NCBI GenBank assembly: GCA_963800285.1
Contig: CAWDAL010000013.1
Coordinates: forward strand, 227,395-291,394
Reading direction: 5' to 3'
Origin: an uncultured Solirubrobacterales bacterium
GTDB taxonomy: Bacteria; Actinomycetota; Thermoleophilia; Solirubrobacterales; 70-9
DNA: 64,000 bases
Shown piece by piece: positions 48,007 to 57,262 of this stretch (positions are counted from its first letter, which is position 1; every line of letters starts with the position of its first letter). The position numbers and the translations under genes are program-made. Below the pieces are notes generated by a model. It was not told the DNA's origin and searched no databases. It saw only the letters and a list, made by a program, of their open reading frames with translations.

Positions 48007-49611
48007 ATGGCGACCCGACAACTTCCCGAGCTGCGCCCGCGGCGACCCACGGGAGGGCGGCCTCCCGCTCCCGCGCAGACGCCGGGGCGACGCGGGTCCA
48101 AGCCGCCGGATCGCAGTCGCTGGGCGATCCTGGCCGTCCTCTGCGTCGCCGTCCTCGTGGTCAACATCGACGGCACGATCCTCAACGTGGCGCTCCCGAC
48201 GCTGGTCCGGGAGCTGCACGCGAGCTCGAGCGAGCTGCAGTGGATCGTCGACATGTACGCGATGGTGTTCGCGGGGCTGCTGCTGGTGGGTGGCAGCCTG
48301 GCGGACCGCTTCGGCCGAAAGCGCCTCTTCATGCTCGGCTTTCTGACCTTTGGACTCGGCTCCCTGGGCGCGGCATTCTCCGGGTCGGTCGACGTCCTGA
48401 TCGCCTGGCGCGGAGTGATGGGCGCCGGCGCCGCGCTGACGATCCCCGCGGGCCTCTCGACCCTCGACAACGTGTTCCGCGATCCCGACGAGCGGGCCCG
48501 CGCCGTGGGCATCTGGGGCGGGGCGATGGGCGTCGGGCTTGCGCTGGGCCCCCTCGCCGGTGGGCTGCTGCTGGCCAGCTTCTGGTGGGGCTCGGTCTTC
48601 TTCGTCAACGTGCCGGTGCTGATCGCAGGCGGCATCGCTGCGCTTCGCCTGCTGCCCGAGTCGAGGGACGTCGACGCGCCGAGGCCCGACCCGGTCGGCG
48701 CGCTGCTCTCGATCCTGGGCCTTGGGCTGGTGCTCTGGGCGATCATCGAGGCTCCGACCAAGGGCTGGACGTCGGACGCCGTGGTCGCGGTCGGCGCGAC
48801 GGGCCTCGCGGTCCTCGCGGCGTTCATCTACTGGGAGGCGCACAGCAGCCACCCGATGCTGAACCTCTCCCTCTTCCGCTCCCGGCGGTTCTCCGTCGCC
48901 GTCTCTGCCGTCGCCCTCGGCCTCTTCGCCCTATTCGGGGCGGTCTTCATCCTCACCCAATTCCTGCAGTTCGATCTGGGCTTCACCCCGCTTCAGGCGG
49001 GCGTCCGGATCCTGCCGACGGCGGCGCTGCTCGCCGCGACGGCGCCGCTCTCGACCCTGATCGTCCGGCGGATCGGCAGCAAGCTGACCGCGTTCGCCGG
49101 GCTGGTCGCGATCGCGGGCGGCCTCTGGCAGATCTCGGCGGTTTCGACTGCGGGGGCGACCTACGGCGACGTCCTGCCGGGGATGCTTCTCCTCGGGTTC
49201 GGCTCGGGGCTGCTGATGCCCACCGCGGCGGACGCGGTGCTGGGCTCGATGCCGAGGAGGCACGCCGGCGTCGGCTCGGCCACCTACGTCGTTGCGATCC
49301 AGGTGGGCGGGGCGCTCGGCGTGGCCGTGATCGGCAGCTTGCTCAACACCCGGTACGACGACCGGCTCACCGCCGTCCTCGCCTCCCACGACGTCGCGCC
49401 GGGCATCCTGCACACGATCACCGGATCGCTCGGAGGGGCGCTCGGAGTCGCCTCGGCCGTCGGTGGGAGCACCGGCTCGGGTCTCGCCGAAGCCGCACGC
49501 TCCGCTTTCATGAGCGGGACCCAGGTCTCGCTCGCCGCGGGTGCGGTCGTCGCAGCTGTGGCCGGCCTCCTGGTCCTGGTCGCCCTGCCCTCCAGGGCCC
49601 CGAAGGGCTGA
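48007..49611 (+). CDS. MFS transporter, DHA2 family
   Basis: WAILAVLCVAVLVVNIDGTILNVALP, LADRFGRKR, and 14 TM segments. Confidence 0.85.
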   Translation: MATRQLPELRPRRPTGGRPPAPAQTPGRRGSKPPDRSRWAILAVLCVAVLVVNIDGTILNVALPTLVRELHASSSELQWIVDMYAMVFAGLLLVGGSLADRFGRKRLFMLGFLTFGLGSLGAAFSGSVDVLIAWRGVMGAGAALTIPAGLSTLDNVFRDPDERARAVGIWGGAMGVGLALGPLAGGLLLASFWWGSVFFVNVPVLIAGGIAALRLLPESRDVDAPRPDPVGALLSILGLGLVLWAIIEAPTKGWTSDAVVAVGATGLAVLAAFIYWEAHSSHPMLNLSLFRSRRFSVAVSAVALGLFALFGAVFILTQFLQFDLGFTPLQAGVRILPTAALLAATAPLSTLIVRRIGSKLTAFAGLVAIAGGLWQISAVSTAGATYGDVLPGMLLLGFGSGLLMPTAADAVLGSMPRRHAGVGSATYVVAIQVGGALGVAVIGSLLNTRYDDRLTAVLASHDVAPGILHTITGSLGGALGVASAVGGSTGSGLAEAARSAFMSGTQVSLAAGAVVAAVAGLLVLVALPSRAPKG

Positions 49612-49617
49612 GCGGAT

Positions 49618-50610
49618 CTAGCGCGACCGCTCGGCGAGCAGCTCGGCGAGCTTCTTCGGCGTGTTCGCCTGCGGTGAAGGCGAGTAGAGGACGAGCCGCT
49701 GCTCAGGGCTCTCCTGCGGCCGGAAGACCGCGTGCTCGAAGACGAGCTTGCCCGCGGTCGGGTGCCGCAGCACCTTGCGCCCGACGCCGCTGGTGGCGAC
49801 CTCGTGCAGGTCCCACCACTCGCGGAACTCCGGACTGCGCTCCTGCAGCGCCGAGATCAGATCGTCGAAGTCCGGGTCGCCGATGTGGCGAGCGGCCTCG
49901 CTGCGGAAGCGGGCCACGATCCGGCGCGCCCCCTCCTCCCAATCCGGATGAAGCTTCCGGCGGGCGGGGTCCGTGAACAGGCACCAGAGCAGGTTCCGTT
50001 CCCCGTCCGGCATCTCGGCTGGGTCGCCGAAGACGACAGCGTGGGCGCGGTTCCAGGCGAGGAAGTCGAAGCGGCGGCCCGTGAGGCAGCTCGGGCCATC
50101 GCCGAGGTTTTCCACGAGCAGCTTGATCGTCGGGTTGACGATCTCCTTCGGGGCTCGACCCGGTACGACCTCCTCGCCGCGGCCGAGCAGCATCAGGTGG
50201 GCGTGCTCGGCGGGGGTCAGCTCCAGAGCGCCGGAAATCGCCTCCAGGACCGATGCGGACGCCCGGACGTCGCGTCCCTGCTCGAGCCAGGTGTACCAGG
50301 TGGTTCCCACGCCGGCGAGCTGCGCCACCTCCTCGCGGCGCAACCCGGGCGTCCGCCGCCGGCCGCCGCCGGGTAGCCCGACCTCCTCGGGGCGCAGGGC
50401 CTCGCGGCGGTTCCGCAGGAAGTCCGCGAGCTCGGCGCGCCGGGGGGCGCCGTCGCCCTTTGCCAGAGCCGCGGTGCCGTTCCCTCTGCCGTTCGAAGTC
50501 TTCTTGCGTGGTGCTTTCGATACCAGGATAAACCCCTCTCTTGTACCTGGATTCACAGCGTCGCACACTGTCCCACAGATGGCAAGCGAATCCGCCCAGA
50601 CCGATCTCAC
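49618..50610 (-). CDS. MmyB-like helix-turn-helix (XRE-type) transcriptional regulator
   Basis: LADFLRNRREALRPEEVGLP...RRTPGLRREEVAQLAGVGTTWYTWLEQGR plus the C-terminal MmyB-like ligand domain. Start is uncertain. Confidence 0.8.
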   Translation of the reverse strand: MRSVWADSLAICGTVCDAVNPGTREGFILVSKAPRKKTSNGRGNGTAALAKGDGAPRRAELADFLRNRREALRPEEVGLPGGGRRRTPGLRREEVAQLAGVGTTWYTWLEQGRDVRASASVLEAISGALELTPAEHAHLMLLGRGEEVVPGRAPKEIVNPTIKLLVENLGDGPSCLTGRRFDFLAWNRAHAVVFGDPAEMPDGERNLLWCLFTDPARRKLHPDWEEGARRIVARFRSEAARHIGDPDFDDLISALQERSPEFREWWDLHEVATSGVGRKVLRHPTAGKLVFEHAVFRPQESPEQRLVLYSPSPQANTPKKLAELLAERSR

Positions 50611-50641
50611 GGACCACAGGGGGTCACCGTTGAACTCACAG

Positions 50642-52099
50642 ATGAAGGACGCGCAGCCCGTACCGAAGCCGGCTCATCGCAGCCCGTGGCTGCTGCCGGT
50701 GCTCTTCGCCCCGGTCTTCATGGTTCTCCTCGACGTCTTCATCGTCAACGTGACGGCGCCCTCGCTGCGCGCCGATCTCGGGGCGAGCGACTCCGACCTG
50801 CAGTGGGTCGTCGCCGCCTACCTGCTCACCTACGCGCTCTCGCTGATCACGGGCGGACGGCTCGGGGACGTCTTCGGGCGGCGGCGCATGTTCAAGCTCG
50901 GCATCGCGGGCTTCACGGTCGCCTCGGCGCTCTGCGCCGCGGCGCCGAGCCCGACCGCGCTGATCGTCGCGCGCCTGCTTCAGGGCTTCGGCGGCGCGGC
51001 GATGTGGCCGCAGGTCCTCTCCATCATCCAGGTCGAGTTCTCGCCGGCCGAGCGGCCGAAGGCCCTCGGCTTCCAGGGGCTCGTCCAGGGACTGGCCGCG
51101 ATCTCCGGGCAGATCGTCGGCGGCGGGCTGATCGCGCTCGACATCCTCGGGCTCGGCTGGCGCTCGGTCTTCCTGATCAACATCCCCGTCGGGGTGATCG
51201 CCCTGCTCATGGCCGACAGGCTGATCCCGGAGTCACGCTCCGAGACCGCCCGCAGACTCGACCTGGTCGGCGCGGGGCTCGCCACGCTCACCCTGAGCCT
51301 GGTGATGATCCCGGCGGTCGAGGGCCGTGAGCTCGGCTGGCCGGCCTGGACGTTCGCCGCGTTCGCCGCCGCACCACTCGCCGCGGCGCTCTTCGTCGCC
51401 GCCGAGCGGCGGATCACCGCCCGCGGCGGCTCACCGCTGGTCGAGCTCCGGCTGTTCGAGACGAGCGGCTTCCGGATCGGCCTCGTCTCGGCGACCAGCC
51501 TCTACTTCGCGATCTCCTTCTTCTTCCTGCTCGGCATCTATCTGCAGGAGGGGCTGGGGCTGAGCCCGCTCGAGTCCGGCCTCGCCTTCACGCCGATCGC
51601 GGTCGCCTTCGTCACGGCGTCGCTGACCGGCCCGCGCCTGGCCGACGGCGTGCGCGAGTACCTGCCCCAGATCGGTGCGACGGTCGCCGGCATCGGCCTG
51701 ATCACGACGATGATCGCGGTCCAGGCGACCGGGAACGGGTCGGTCTCGGCCTGGTTGCTCCTCGCGATGGTGCCGTTCGGCGCCGGGATGGGCACCGCGA
51801 TTCCCCCGCTCATTCACCTGGTCCTGCGGGCGGTGCCGACCACGGACGCGGGCGCTGCCTCGGGGACGATGGTCACCGCTCAGCAGATCGGCAACGCGCT
51901 GGGCGTCGCGATCGTCGGAACCGTCTTCTTCTCCCAGCTCGGCTCCGGGACGAGTGCCGGCTCGTTCGGCGACGCCTTCACGGTCGCCATGGCGGTGCAG
52001 GCGGGGTTCGCACTGACGGCCGCCGCGTTGGTCTCCCGAGCTCGCCGGACCTCGACCGAGGGGGTCCCGGCCGGGATGCCGGCGGGCGAGGGCGCCTAG
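50642..52099 (+). CDS. MFS transporter, DHA2 family
   Basis: LLPVLFAPVFMVLLDVFIVNVTAPSL, GRLGDVFGRRR, and 14 TM segments. An alternative ATG lies at 50579. Confidence 0.85.
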   Translation: MKDAQPVPKPAHRSPWLLPVLFAPVFMVLLDVFIVNVTAPSLRADLGASDSDLQWVVAAYLLTYALSLITGGRLGDVFGRRRMFKLGIAGFTVASALCAAAPSPTALIVARLLQGFGGAAMWPQVLSIIQVEFSPAERPKALGFQGLVQGLAAISGQIVGGGLIALDILGLGWRSVFLINIPVGVIALLMADRLIPESRSETARRLDLVGAGLATLTLSLVMIPAVEGRELGWPAWTFAAFAAAPLAAALFVAAERRITARGGSPLVELRLFETSGFRIGLVSATSLYFAISFFFLLGIYLQEGLGLSPLESGLAFTPIAVAFVTASLTGPRLADGVREYLPQIGATVAGIGLITTMIAVQATGNGSVSAWLLLAMVPFGAGMGTAIPPLIHLVLRAVPTTDAGAASGTMVTAQQIGNALGVAIVGTVFFSQLGSGTSAGSFGDAFTVAMAVQAGFALTAAALVSRARRTSTEGVPAGMPAGEGA

Positions 52100-52159
52100 C
52101 CCTTCAGGTCCCGAAAGAGCGCCACGCGTGCGCGAGACAGGCGTCCGCCGCTGCTTCCG

Positions 52160-53008
52160 GTGGCTATGGTTGGCAGCGTGACGGGCGACGAGACTCAGCC
52201 CGGCCCCGATCCGCTGGGGGCCGCGCGAAACGCCGCCGAGTCGGCGGGCGAGCGCCTGGGCAGCGCCCGGGCGGAGGCGGGCGAGCGCTTCGGCGCCGCG
52301 CGCGATGCCGCGAGCAAGCAGGTGGCGGCCGCGCGCGAGACCGCCGCCATGGCGGCGCACGCAGCGGCGCACAAGCTCTCCCAGAAGCCGCGGCTGCGCG
52401 GCGTCTCGCACCAGTGGGCGTTCTTCGCCTCCCTGGGCGCGGGGGTGGCGCTGATCCTCGCCGCCAGCGGCACCACCGCGGTGATCGCCATGTCGGTCTA
52501 CGCGTTCTCGCTCTCGGCGATGCTCGGCACGAGCGCCCTCTATCACCGAGTCACCTGGACGCCGGAGGTGAGGCAGTGGATGCGCCGTCTCGATCACACG
52601 ATGATCTTCGTCTTCATCGCCGGCACCTACACGCCCTTCGCGCTGCTGGTGATGCACGGCACCCTGGCGAACGCGGTCCTGATCGTGGTCTGGGCCACCG
52701 CGCTTGGCGGCCTGATCCTCAACCTGGTCTGGATCGACGCGCCCTACTGGGTCACCTCGGTCATCTACCTGAGCACGGGCTGGGTCGCGGTCGTCAGCCT
52801 GCCGCAGCTCTGGAACGAGATCGGGCCGGTCGGCGTGGGGTTGATCGCGCTCGGCGGCGTCCTCTACTCGGCCGGCGCGGTCGTGTACGCGCGCCGCAAG
52901 CCCGATCCGCGGCCGCAGGTCTTCGGCTACCACGAGATTTTCCACGTGCTGGTGATCGCGGCTGCGGCCGTCCAGTACACCGCGGTGGCGGTGTACGCGC
53001 TGCCATAG
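52160..53008 (+). CDS. hemolysin III / PAQR family membrane protein with Ala-rich N-terminal extension
   Basis: RGVSHQWAFF...SALYHR...LDHTMIFVFIAGTYTPF...HEIFHVLV motifs. 7 TM. Confidence 0.85.
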   Translation: MAMVGSVTGDETQPGPDPLGAARNAAESAGERLGSARAEAGERFGAARDAASKQVAAARETAAMAAHAAAHKLSQKPRLRGVSHQWAFFASLGAGVALILAASGTTAVIAMSVYAFSLSAMLGTSALYHRVTWTPEVRQWMRRLDHTMIFVFIAGTYTPFALLVMHGTLANAVLIVVWATALGGLILNLVWIDAPYWVTSVIYLSTGWVAVVSLPQLWNEIGPVGVGLIALGGVLYSAGAVVYARRKPDPRPQVFGYHEIFHVLVIAAAAVQYTAVAVYALP

Positions 53009-53017
53009 CGGTCACCA

Positions 53018-53104
53018 GGCCGCTCCACTTTGGAGCGAAGCGCGAAGCGCGTAGCGACTTAGGTGGGGCGGCCGCCTGTGACTGCGATCTGATGGCGAAG
53101 CCGT
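53018..53104 (-). repeat. 87-nt intergenic repeat element, copy A (inverted relative to the copies at 56.3 kb)
   Basis: Its reverse complement aligns without gaps to 56347-56433, with 75 of 87 positions identical by hand count. It contains the hairpin CGCTCCA-aag-TGGAGCG and the GGCGGCCGCC palindrome. Confidence 0.8.
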
Positions 53105-53119
53105 AGAGTCCGCCCGAAT

Positions 53120-54013
53120 TTGGCCGCCGTCGAGATCAGGGGGATCAGCAAGCGCTTCGGCTCCGTGCAGGCGGTGTCCGACCTCTCCTTCGACGTCGCG
53201 GCCGGCCGGGTCACCGGATTTCTCGGGCCGAACGGAGCCGGCAAGAGCACCACCCTGAGGATCCTGCTCGGCCTGGTCCACGCCGACGGCGGCACCGCCG
53301 GCTTCTCGGGCCGCCGCTACGGGGAGCTCGACCACCCCAGCCAGGAGGTCGGGGCCGTGCTGGAGGACGCCAGCTTCCATCCGGGCCGAAGCGGCCGCAA
53401 CCACCTCCGGATCCTGGCCGCCGCCGGCGAGCACCCGCCGGAGCGCGTCGACAAGGTCCTCGACGAGGTCGGCCTGTCCGGCGCCGCCAACCGGCGGGTC
53501 AAGGGCTACTCGATGGGGATGCGCCAGCGGCTGGCGATCGCGGCCGCGCTGCTCGGCGACCCGCAGGTCCTGATCCTGGACGAGCCCGCGAACGGCCTCG
53601 ACCCGCCGGGAATCCGCTGGATCCGGGGCCTGCTCCGATCACAGGCCGGGCAGGGCCGAGCGGTGCTCGTCTCCAGCCACCTGCTCTCCGAGGTCGCGCA
53701 GAGCGTCGACGACGTGGTCGTCATCTCGCATGGCGTGATGCGCGCCGGCGGGCCGCTGGAGAAGGTGCTCGGGGCTCCGGAGGGCCCCGTCACCCGGGTC
53801 CGGTCAGCCGACGACGACCGGCTCGCCGCGGCGCTCGATCAGGGTGGACTCAAGGTCAGCCGGGAGCCGGCGGGCGGGCTGCTCGTGCACGGAGCCTCCG
53901 GGGAGGCGGTCGGCGGGATCGCGAACCAGCAGCGGATCGCGCTCACCGAGCTCGGGGCCGTCTCACGCTCGCTCGAGGAGGCCTTCTTCGAGCTCACCGA
54001 GGGAGGCGAATGA
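53120..54013 (+). CDS. ABC transporter ATP-binding protein (ABC-2 exporter type)
   Basis: Walker A GPNGAGKST, signature YSMGMRQRL, Walker B ILILDEP. TTG start. Confidence 0.9.
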   Translation: MAAVEIRGISKRFGSVQAVSDLSFDVAAGRVTGFLGPNGAGKSTTLRILLGLVHADGGTAGFSGRRYGELDHPSQEVGAVLEDASFHPGRSGRNHLRILAAAGEHPPERVDKVLDEVGLSGAANRRVKGYSMGMRQRLAIAAALLGDPQVLILDEPANGLDPPGIRWIRGLLRSQAGQGRAVLVSSHLLSEVAQSVDDVVVISHGVMRAGGPLEKVLGAPEGPVTRVRSADDDRLAAALDQGGLKVSREPAGGLLVHGASGEAVGGIANQQRIALTELGAVSRSLEEAFFELTEGGE

Positions 54014-54753
54014 GACCGCTGCTCGAGGCGGAGCTGATCAAGCTTCGCACCACCAGGACCTTCATCGCCCTGGCGGGGGTGGCGATCGGGACCTCGCTCC
54101 TGCTCACCGTGGTGGTCGCACTGCTCGGCACGCCGACCAAGGAGACGGTGCTGGCGGACGTGTTCCAGTCCGACACCAGCGCCTTCTTCATCACCATTCT
54201 CGCGATCGTCGGCATCACCGGGGAGTGGCGGCACCGCACGATCACGTCATCTCTGCTCGCGGCGCCCGACCGGTTCCGCTTCCTGGCCGCCAAGACGCTC
54301 GCCTTCACGGTCGCCGGCCTGGCCCTGTCGCTGGCGATCTCGCTCACGATCACGATCGTCGGCTACGTGATCCTCAACGCCCGCGATCTTCCGGTCCCCG
54401 AGGCGGGCGACCTGCTGACCCAGATCGCCCGGAATGCCCTTGTCGCCGCGCTGCTCGGCGGCCTCGGAGTCGGAATCGGATCAGTTGTCCGCAACCAGGC
54501 GGTTGCGGTCGTCGCGGTCCTCATCGTCGGCTTCGCGATCGAGCCGATCCTGCTCGGCGTGGCGTCCAACGTCGCCAAGTTCGGTCCCTTCATCGCGCTG
54601 CCGAGCGCCATCGCGACGAACGATCCGACCGCGAACGGCTTCGATCCGGGTCAGCTGCTCAGCCGCTGGGCGGCGGTGGGGGCGATGCTGGCCTGGATCG
54701 GGCTCTTCTTCGCGGGCGGCGCGGCTCTGCTGCTCGAGCGGGACGTCGAGTGA
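54010..54753 (+). CDS. ABC-2 type transporter permease
   Basis: Six TM segments. The ATG overlaps the ATPase stop (ATGA). Confidence 0.8.
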   Translation: MRPLLEAELIKLRTTRTFIALAGVAIGTSLLLTVVVALLGTPTKETVLADVFQSDTSAFFITILAIVGITGEWRHRTITSSLLAAPDRFRFLAAKTLAFTVAGLALSLAISLTITIVGYVILNARDLPVPEAGDLLTQIARNALVAALLGGLGVGIGSVVRNQAVAVVAVLIVGFAIEPILLGVASNVAKFGPFIALPSAIATNDPTANGFDPGQLLSRWAAVGAMLAWIGLFFAGGAALLLERDVE

Positions 54754-55414
54754 CACCGGCGAAGGGGCTGAGACCGAACCAGTCCCGGAAGGCCCGCCGA
54801 GCAGCGTCTTGGCCTTCGAGCTGGATCTCACCTCCCTCCAGAGCCGTTGCGAGCGTGGTATCGCCGGCCAGGACCCGGGCGAGCGCCACGGGCTCGCTGT
54901 GGACTGTCAGGTCCACCTCGAAGCCCGGATCGGTGATGCAAAGATCGGACGCCGGCCGCTGCAGCACGAGCCACCAATAGCGCTTCGCATCGACGGCGGT
55001 GGGGAAACGGAAGTGGACCACCGCGCGCTCCTCGGGCAATGAGTCGAGGCGAACCGTTCCGCGGATCGCCCACATCAGGTGGGCCGGATCGGCGTCCTCG
55101 CGAGTGATCTCGCGGCGCAGCCAGCGCTCGCCCCAGACGCCCATCGCCTCGACGATCGGGCGCAGCTCGCTCCCGGCGGGGGTCAGCACGTACTCGACCC
55201 CGTTCTCGCCTCGCTCGCGCCGCACGATGCCGGCGTCCTCGAGGGTGCGCAGCCGCTTGCTGAGCAACGACGAGGACATCAGCGGCACTCCACGCTGGAT
55301 CTCGTTGAACCGCCGCCCGCCGTAGACGAGCTCCCTGACCACCAGGGGCGTCCAGCGCTCGGCCAGGACCTCGGAGGCCTGGGCGATCGGGCAGAACTGG
55401 CCGTAGGTGGCGAT
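54659..55414 (-). CDS. HxlR family transcriptional regulator with C-terminal extension; no canonical start codon before the conserved N-terminus
   Basis: ATYGQFCPIAQASEVLAERWTPLVVRELVYGGRRFNEIQ is the HxlR wHTH core. The first ATG/GTG/TTG is at 55342, inside the HTH. The frame opens after TAA at 55424-55426, with ATC at 55412-55414. Confidence 0.7.
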   Translation of the reverse strand: MATYGQFCPIAQASEVLAERWTPLVVRELVYGGRRFNEIQRGVPLMSSSLLSKRLRTLEDAGIVRRERGENGVEYVLTPAGSELRPIVEAMGVWGERWLRREITREDADPAHLMWAIRGTVRLDSLPEERAVVHFRFPTAVDAKRYWWLVLQRPASDLCITDPGFEVDLTVHSEPVALARVLAGDTTLATALEGGEIQLEGQDAARRAFRDWFGLSPFAGVTRRPARAAEPRRPRRRARSRPASPPPPPSG

Positions 55415-55532
55415 GGCCTGACCTTACGCCGAACCTCTCCGCCTCGCGCTTCAGATTCTGCAGTTGACTCCCCCGAACGCATTCCATAGAACTCGGCGCG
55501 CAGCGAGACAAACCGGACGAAAGGGGAGAGGG

Positions 55533-56339
55533 ATGACCGAGTTGACCGACGTGCAAGAACAAGCGCGAAAGCTCTGGTCGTCGGGTGACTACGCGTCGGC
55601 GATGCACGTGATCGAGAGCGTCGGGCCGAAGGTCGTCGCGGCAGGGGGGGTGAGCGGGGACGACACCGTCCTCGACGTCGCCTGCGGCAACGGCAACGCG
55701 ACCATTCCAGCGGCGAAGACCGGCGCCAGCGTGACCGGCATCGACCTGACGCCGTCCCTGCTCGACGCCGGCGAGGCCGCCGCCGCCGAGGCGGGCGTGG
55801 AGATCGACTGGATCGAGGGCGATGCCCAGAAGCTCCCCTTCGACGACGGCAGCTTCGACGTCGTCCTCTCCGTGTTCGGCTGCATGTTCGTGCCGGACCA
55901 GCGCACAGAGGCCGAGGAGATCGCCCGGGTCCTGAAGCCGGGCGGCCGCCTGGCGATCGCCGCCTGGACCCCCGAGGGCAACGTCGGGAAGATGTTCATC
56001 ACGACCGTGCAGCACCGCCCGCCGCCCCCGGAGGGCTTCCAGCCGCCGATCCTCTGGGGCAACGAGGACTACGTGCGGGGCCTCTTCGAGGGGACCGGGG
56101 TCGAGCTGGACATCGAGCGGACGACCGTCGACTTCGAGTCGGACTCCGCCGAGGAGCACCTGGCCGAGGTGGAGCGGGACCTGCCCCCGGTGGTTGCCGC
56201 GAAGGCTCTGCTCGAGCCCGAGGGGAAATGGGACGCCCTGCGAGCCGACCTGCTGGCGCTCTACAACGAGGCCAACCTCGCCGACGAGGGCTACCGCTCG
56301 ACCAACGAGTACCTGCTGATCAAGGGGCGGAAGACCTAG
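55533..56339 (+). CDS. class I SAM-dependent methyltransferase
   Basis: VLDVACGNGNATI motif I and FDVVLSVFGCMF. GGGGAGAGGG Shine-Dalgarno lies upstream of the ATG at 55533. Confidence 0.85.
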   Translation: MTELTDVQEQARKLWSSGDYASAMHVIESVGPKVVAAGGVSGDDTVLDVACGNGNATIPAAKTGASVTGIDLTPSLLDAGEAAAAEAGVEIDWIEGDAQKLPFDDGSFDVVLSVFGCMFVPDQRTEAEEIARVLKPGGRLAIAAWTPEGNVGKMFITTVQHRPPPPEGFQPPILWGNEDYVRGLFEGTGVELDIERTTVDFESDSAEEHLAEVERDLPPVVAAKALLEPEGKWDALRADLLALYNEANLADEGYRSTNEYLLIKGRKT

Positions 56340-56354
56340 CTGGCAGACGGCTTC

Positions 56355-56528
56355 GCCATCAGATCGCGGCTGTCGGCGGCCGCCCCGCCTAAGTCGCTTC
56401 GGCCTTCGGCCTTCGCTCCAAAGTGGAGCGGCCTTGCAGCCGCCATCAGATCGCGGCTGTCGGCGGCCGCCCCGCCTAAGTCGCTTCGGCCTTCGGCCTT
56501 CGCTCCAAAGTGGAGCGGCCTTGCAGCC
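56355..56528 (+). repeat. two perfectly identical tandem 87-nt copies of the repeat element
   Basis: 56355-56441 equals 56442-56528 base for base by hand check. Copy 2 supplies the last codons and the stop of the minus-strand gene ending at 56476. Confidence 0.85.
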
Positions 56529-57165
56529 GCTTCGCCGCCTCGATCAGGCGCTGGACCTCGTCCTCTCGCCCCTGCTTGATCAGCTCGATCGGGTCGGGGT
56601 CGCCGTTGACGATGCCCTCGAAGAACTCCTTGCGGTCCTGATACGTGGGGAGGGTCCCCTTGGCCCAGCCGCGATGGTCGTTGAGGATCACGGCCAGGCG
56701 CGCGTACGGCTCGCCGTAGGAAGCGGCGATCTCCCGCTTCATCCGCTTGGCCAGGGCCGGGGAGGCCCCCGCGGTCGAGATCGCGATCGCGAGCGGGCCC
56801 GAGCGCTCGATCGCGGGCAGGATGAAGTTGCAGAGCGGCGGCACGTCGACGACGTTCACCAGCATCGCCCGGCGCTCGGCCCCCTCCGAGATCGAGATGT
56901 TGACGTCCGTGTCGTTGGTTGCGGCGATCGCGAGGAAGGCGCCGTCGAGGTCTCCGTCGACGAAGATGCGCTCATCCCAGGTGATCGAGCCCTCCGCGGC
57001 GTAGGTGGCGAGCTCGGGGATGACCTGGGGGGCGACGACGTGGACGTCGCCGTCGCAGAGCAGCAGCCCGTCGACCTTCTCGAGCGCGACGTCGCCTCCG
57101 CCGACCACCAGGCAGCGGCGGCCCTTGAGCTTCAGGCAGGCCATGTAGAACGGCGTCTCGAGCAT
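56476..57165 (-). CDS. precorrin-2 dehydrogenase / sirohydrochlorin ferrochelatase (siroheme synthase N-terminal-domain type)
   Basis: [19 protein letters not shown] Rossmann motif and [16 protein letters not shown] motif. The last ~17 codons are encoded by the repeat element. Confidence 0.8.
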   Translation of the reverse strand: MLETPFYMACLKLKGRRCLVVGGGDVALEKVDGLLLCDGDVHVVAPQVIPELATYAAEGSITWDERIFVDGDLDGAFLAIAATNDTDVNISISEGAERRAMLVNVVDVPPLCNFILPAIERSGPLAIAISTAGASPALAKRMKREIAASYGEPYARLAVILNDHRGWAKGTLPTYQDRKEFFEGIVNGDPDPIELIKQGREDEVQRLIEAAKRLQGRSTLERRPKAEAT

Positions 57166-57262
57166 GTCCCGCACGCAGGTCTGGTCGCAGATCCCGCGCT
57201 TGAACTGACAGACGCATTCCTTGCCCTGGAAGGCCGCTGCAGGCATGGGCCAAGGGTAAAGG

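Noticed and set aside
56347-56528. Possible CRISPR array, considered because of direct repeats.
   Set aside because: There are only two directly abutting 87-nt copies with no spacers and no cas genes. The unit is far longer than CRISPR repeats.
53018-56528. The repeat-bracketed 3.2-kb module as a bona fide transposon or genomic island.
   Set aside because: There is no transposase, integrase, tRNA target or visible target-site duplication. GC content and codon bias look like the surroundings. Only the repeat observation itself is reported.
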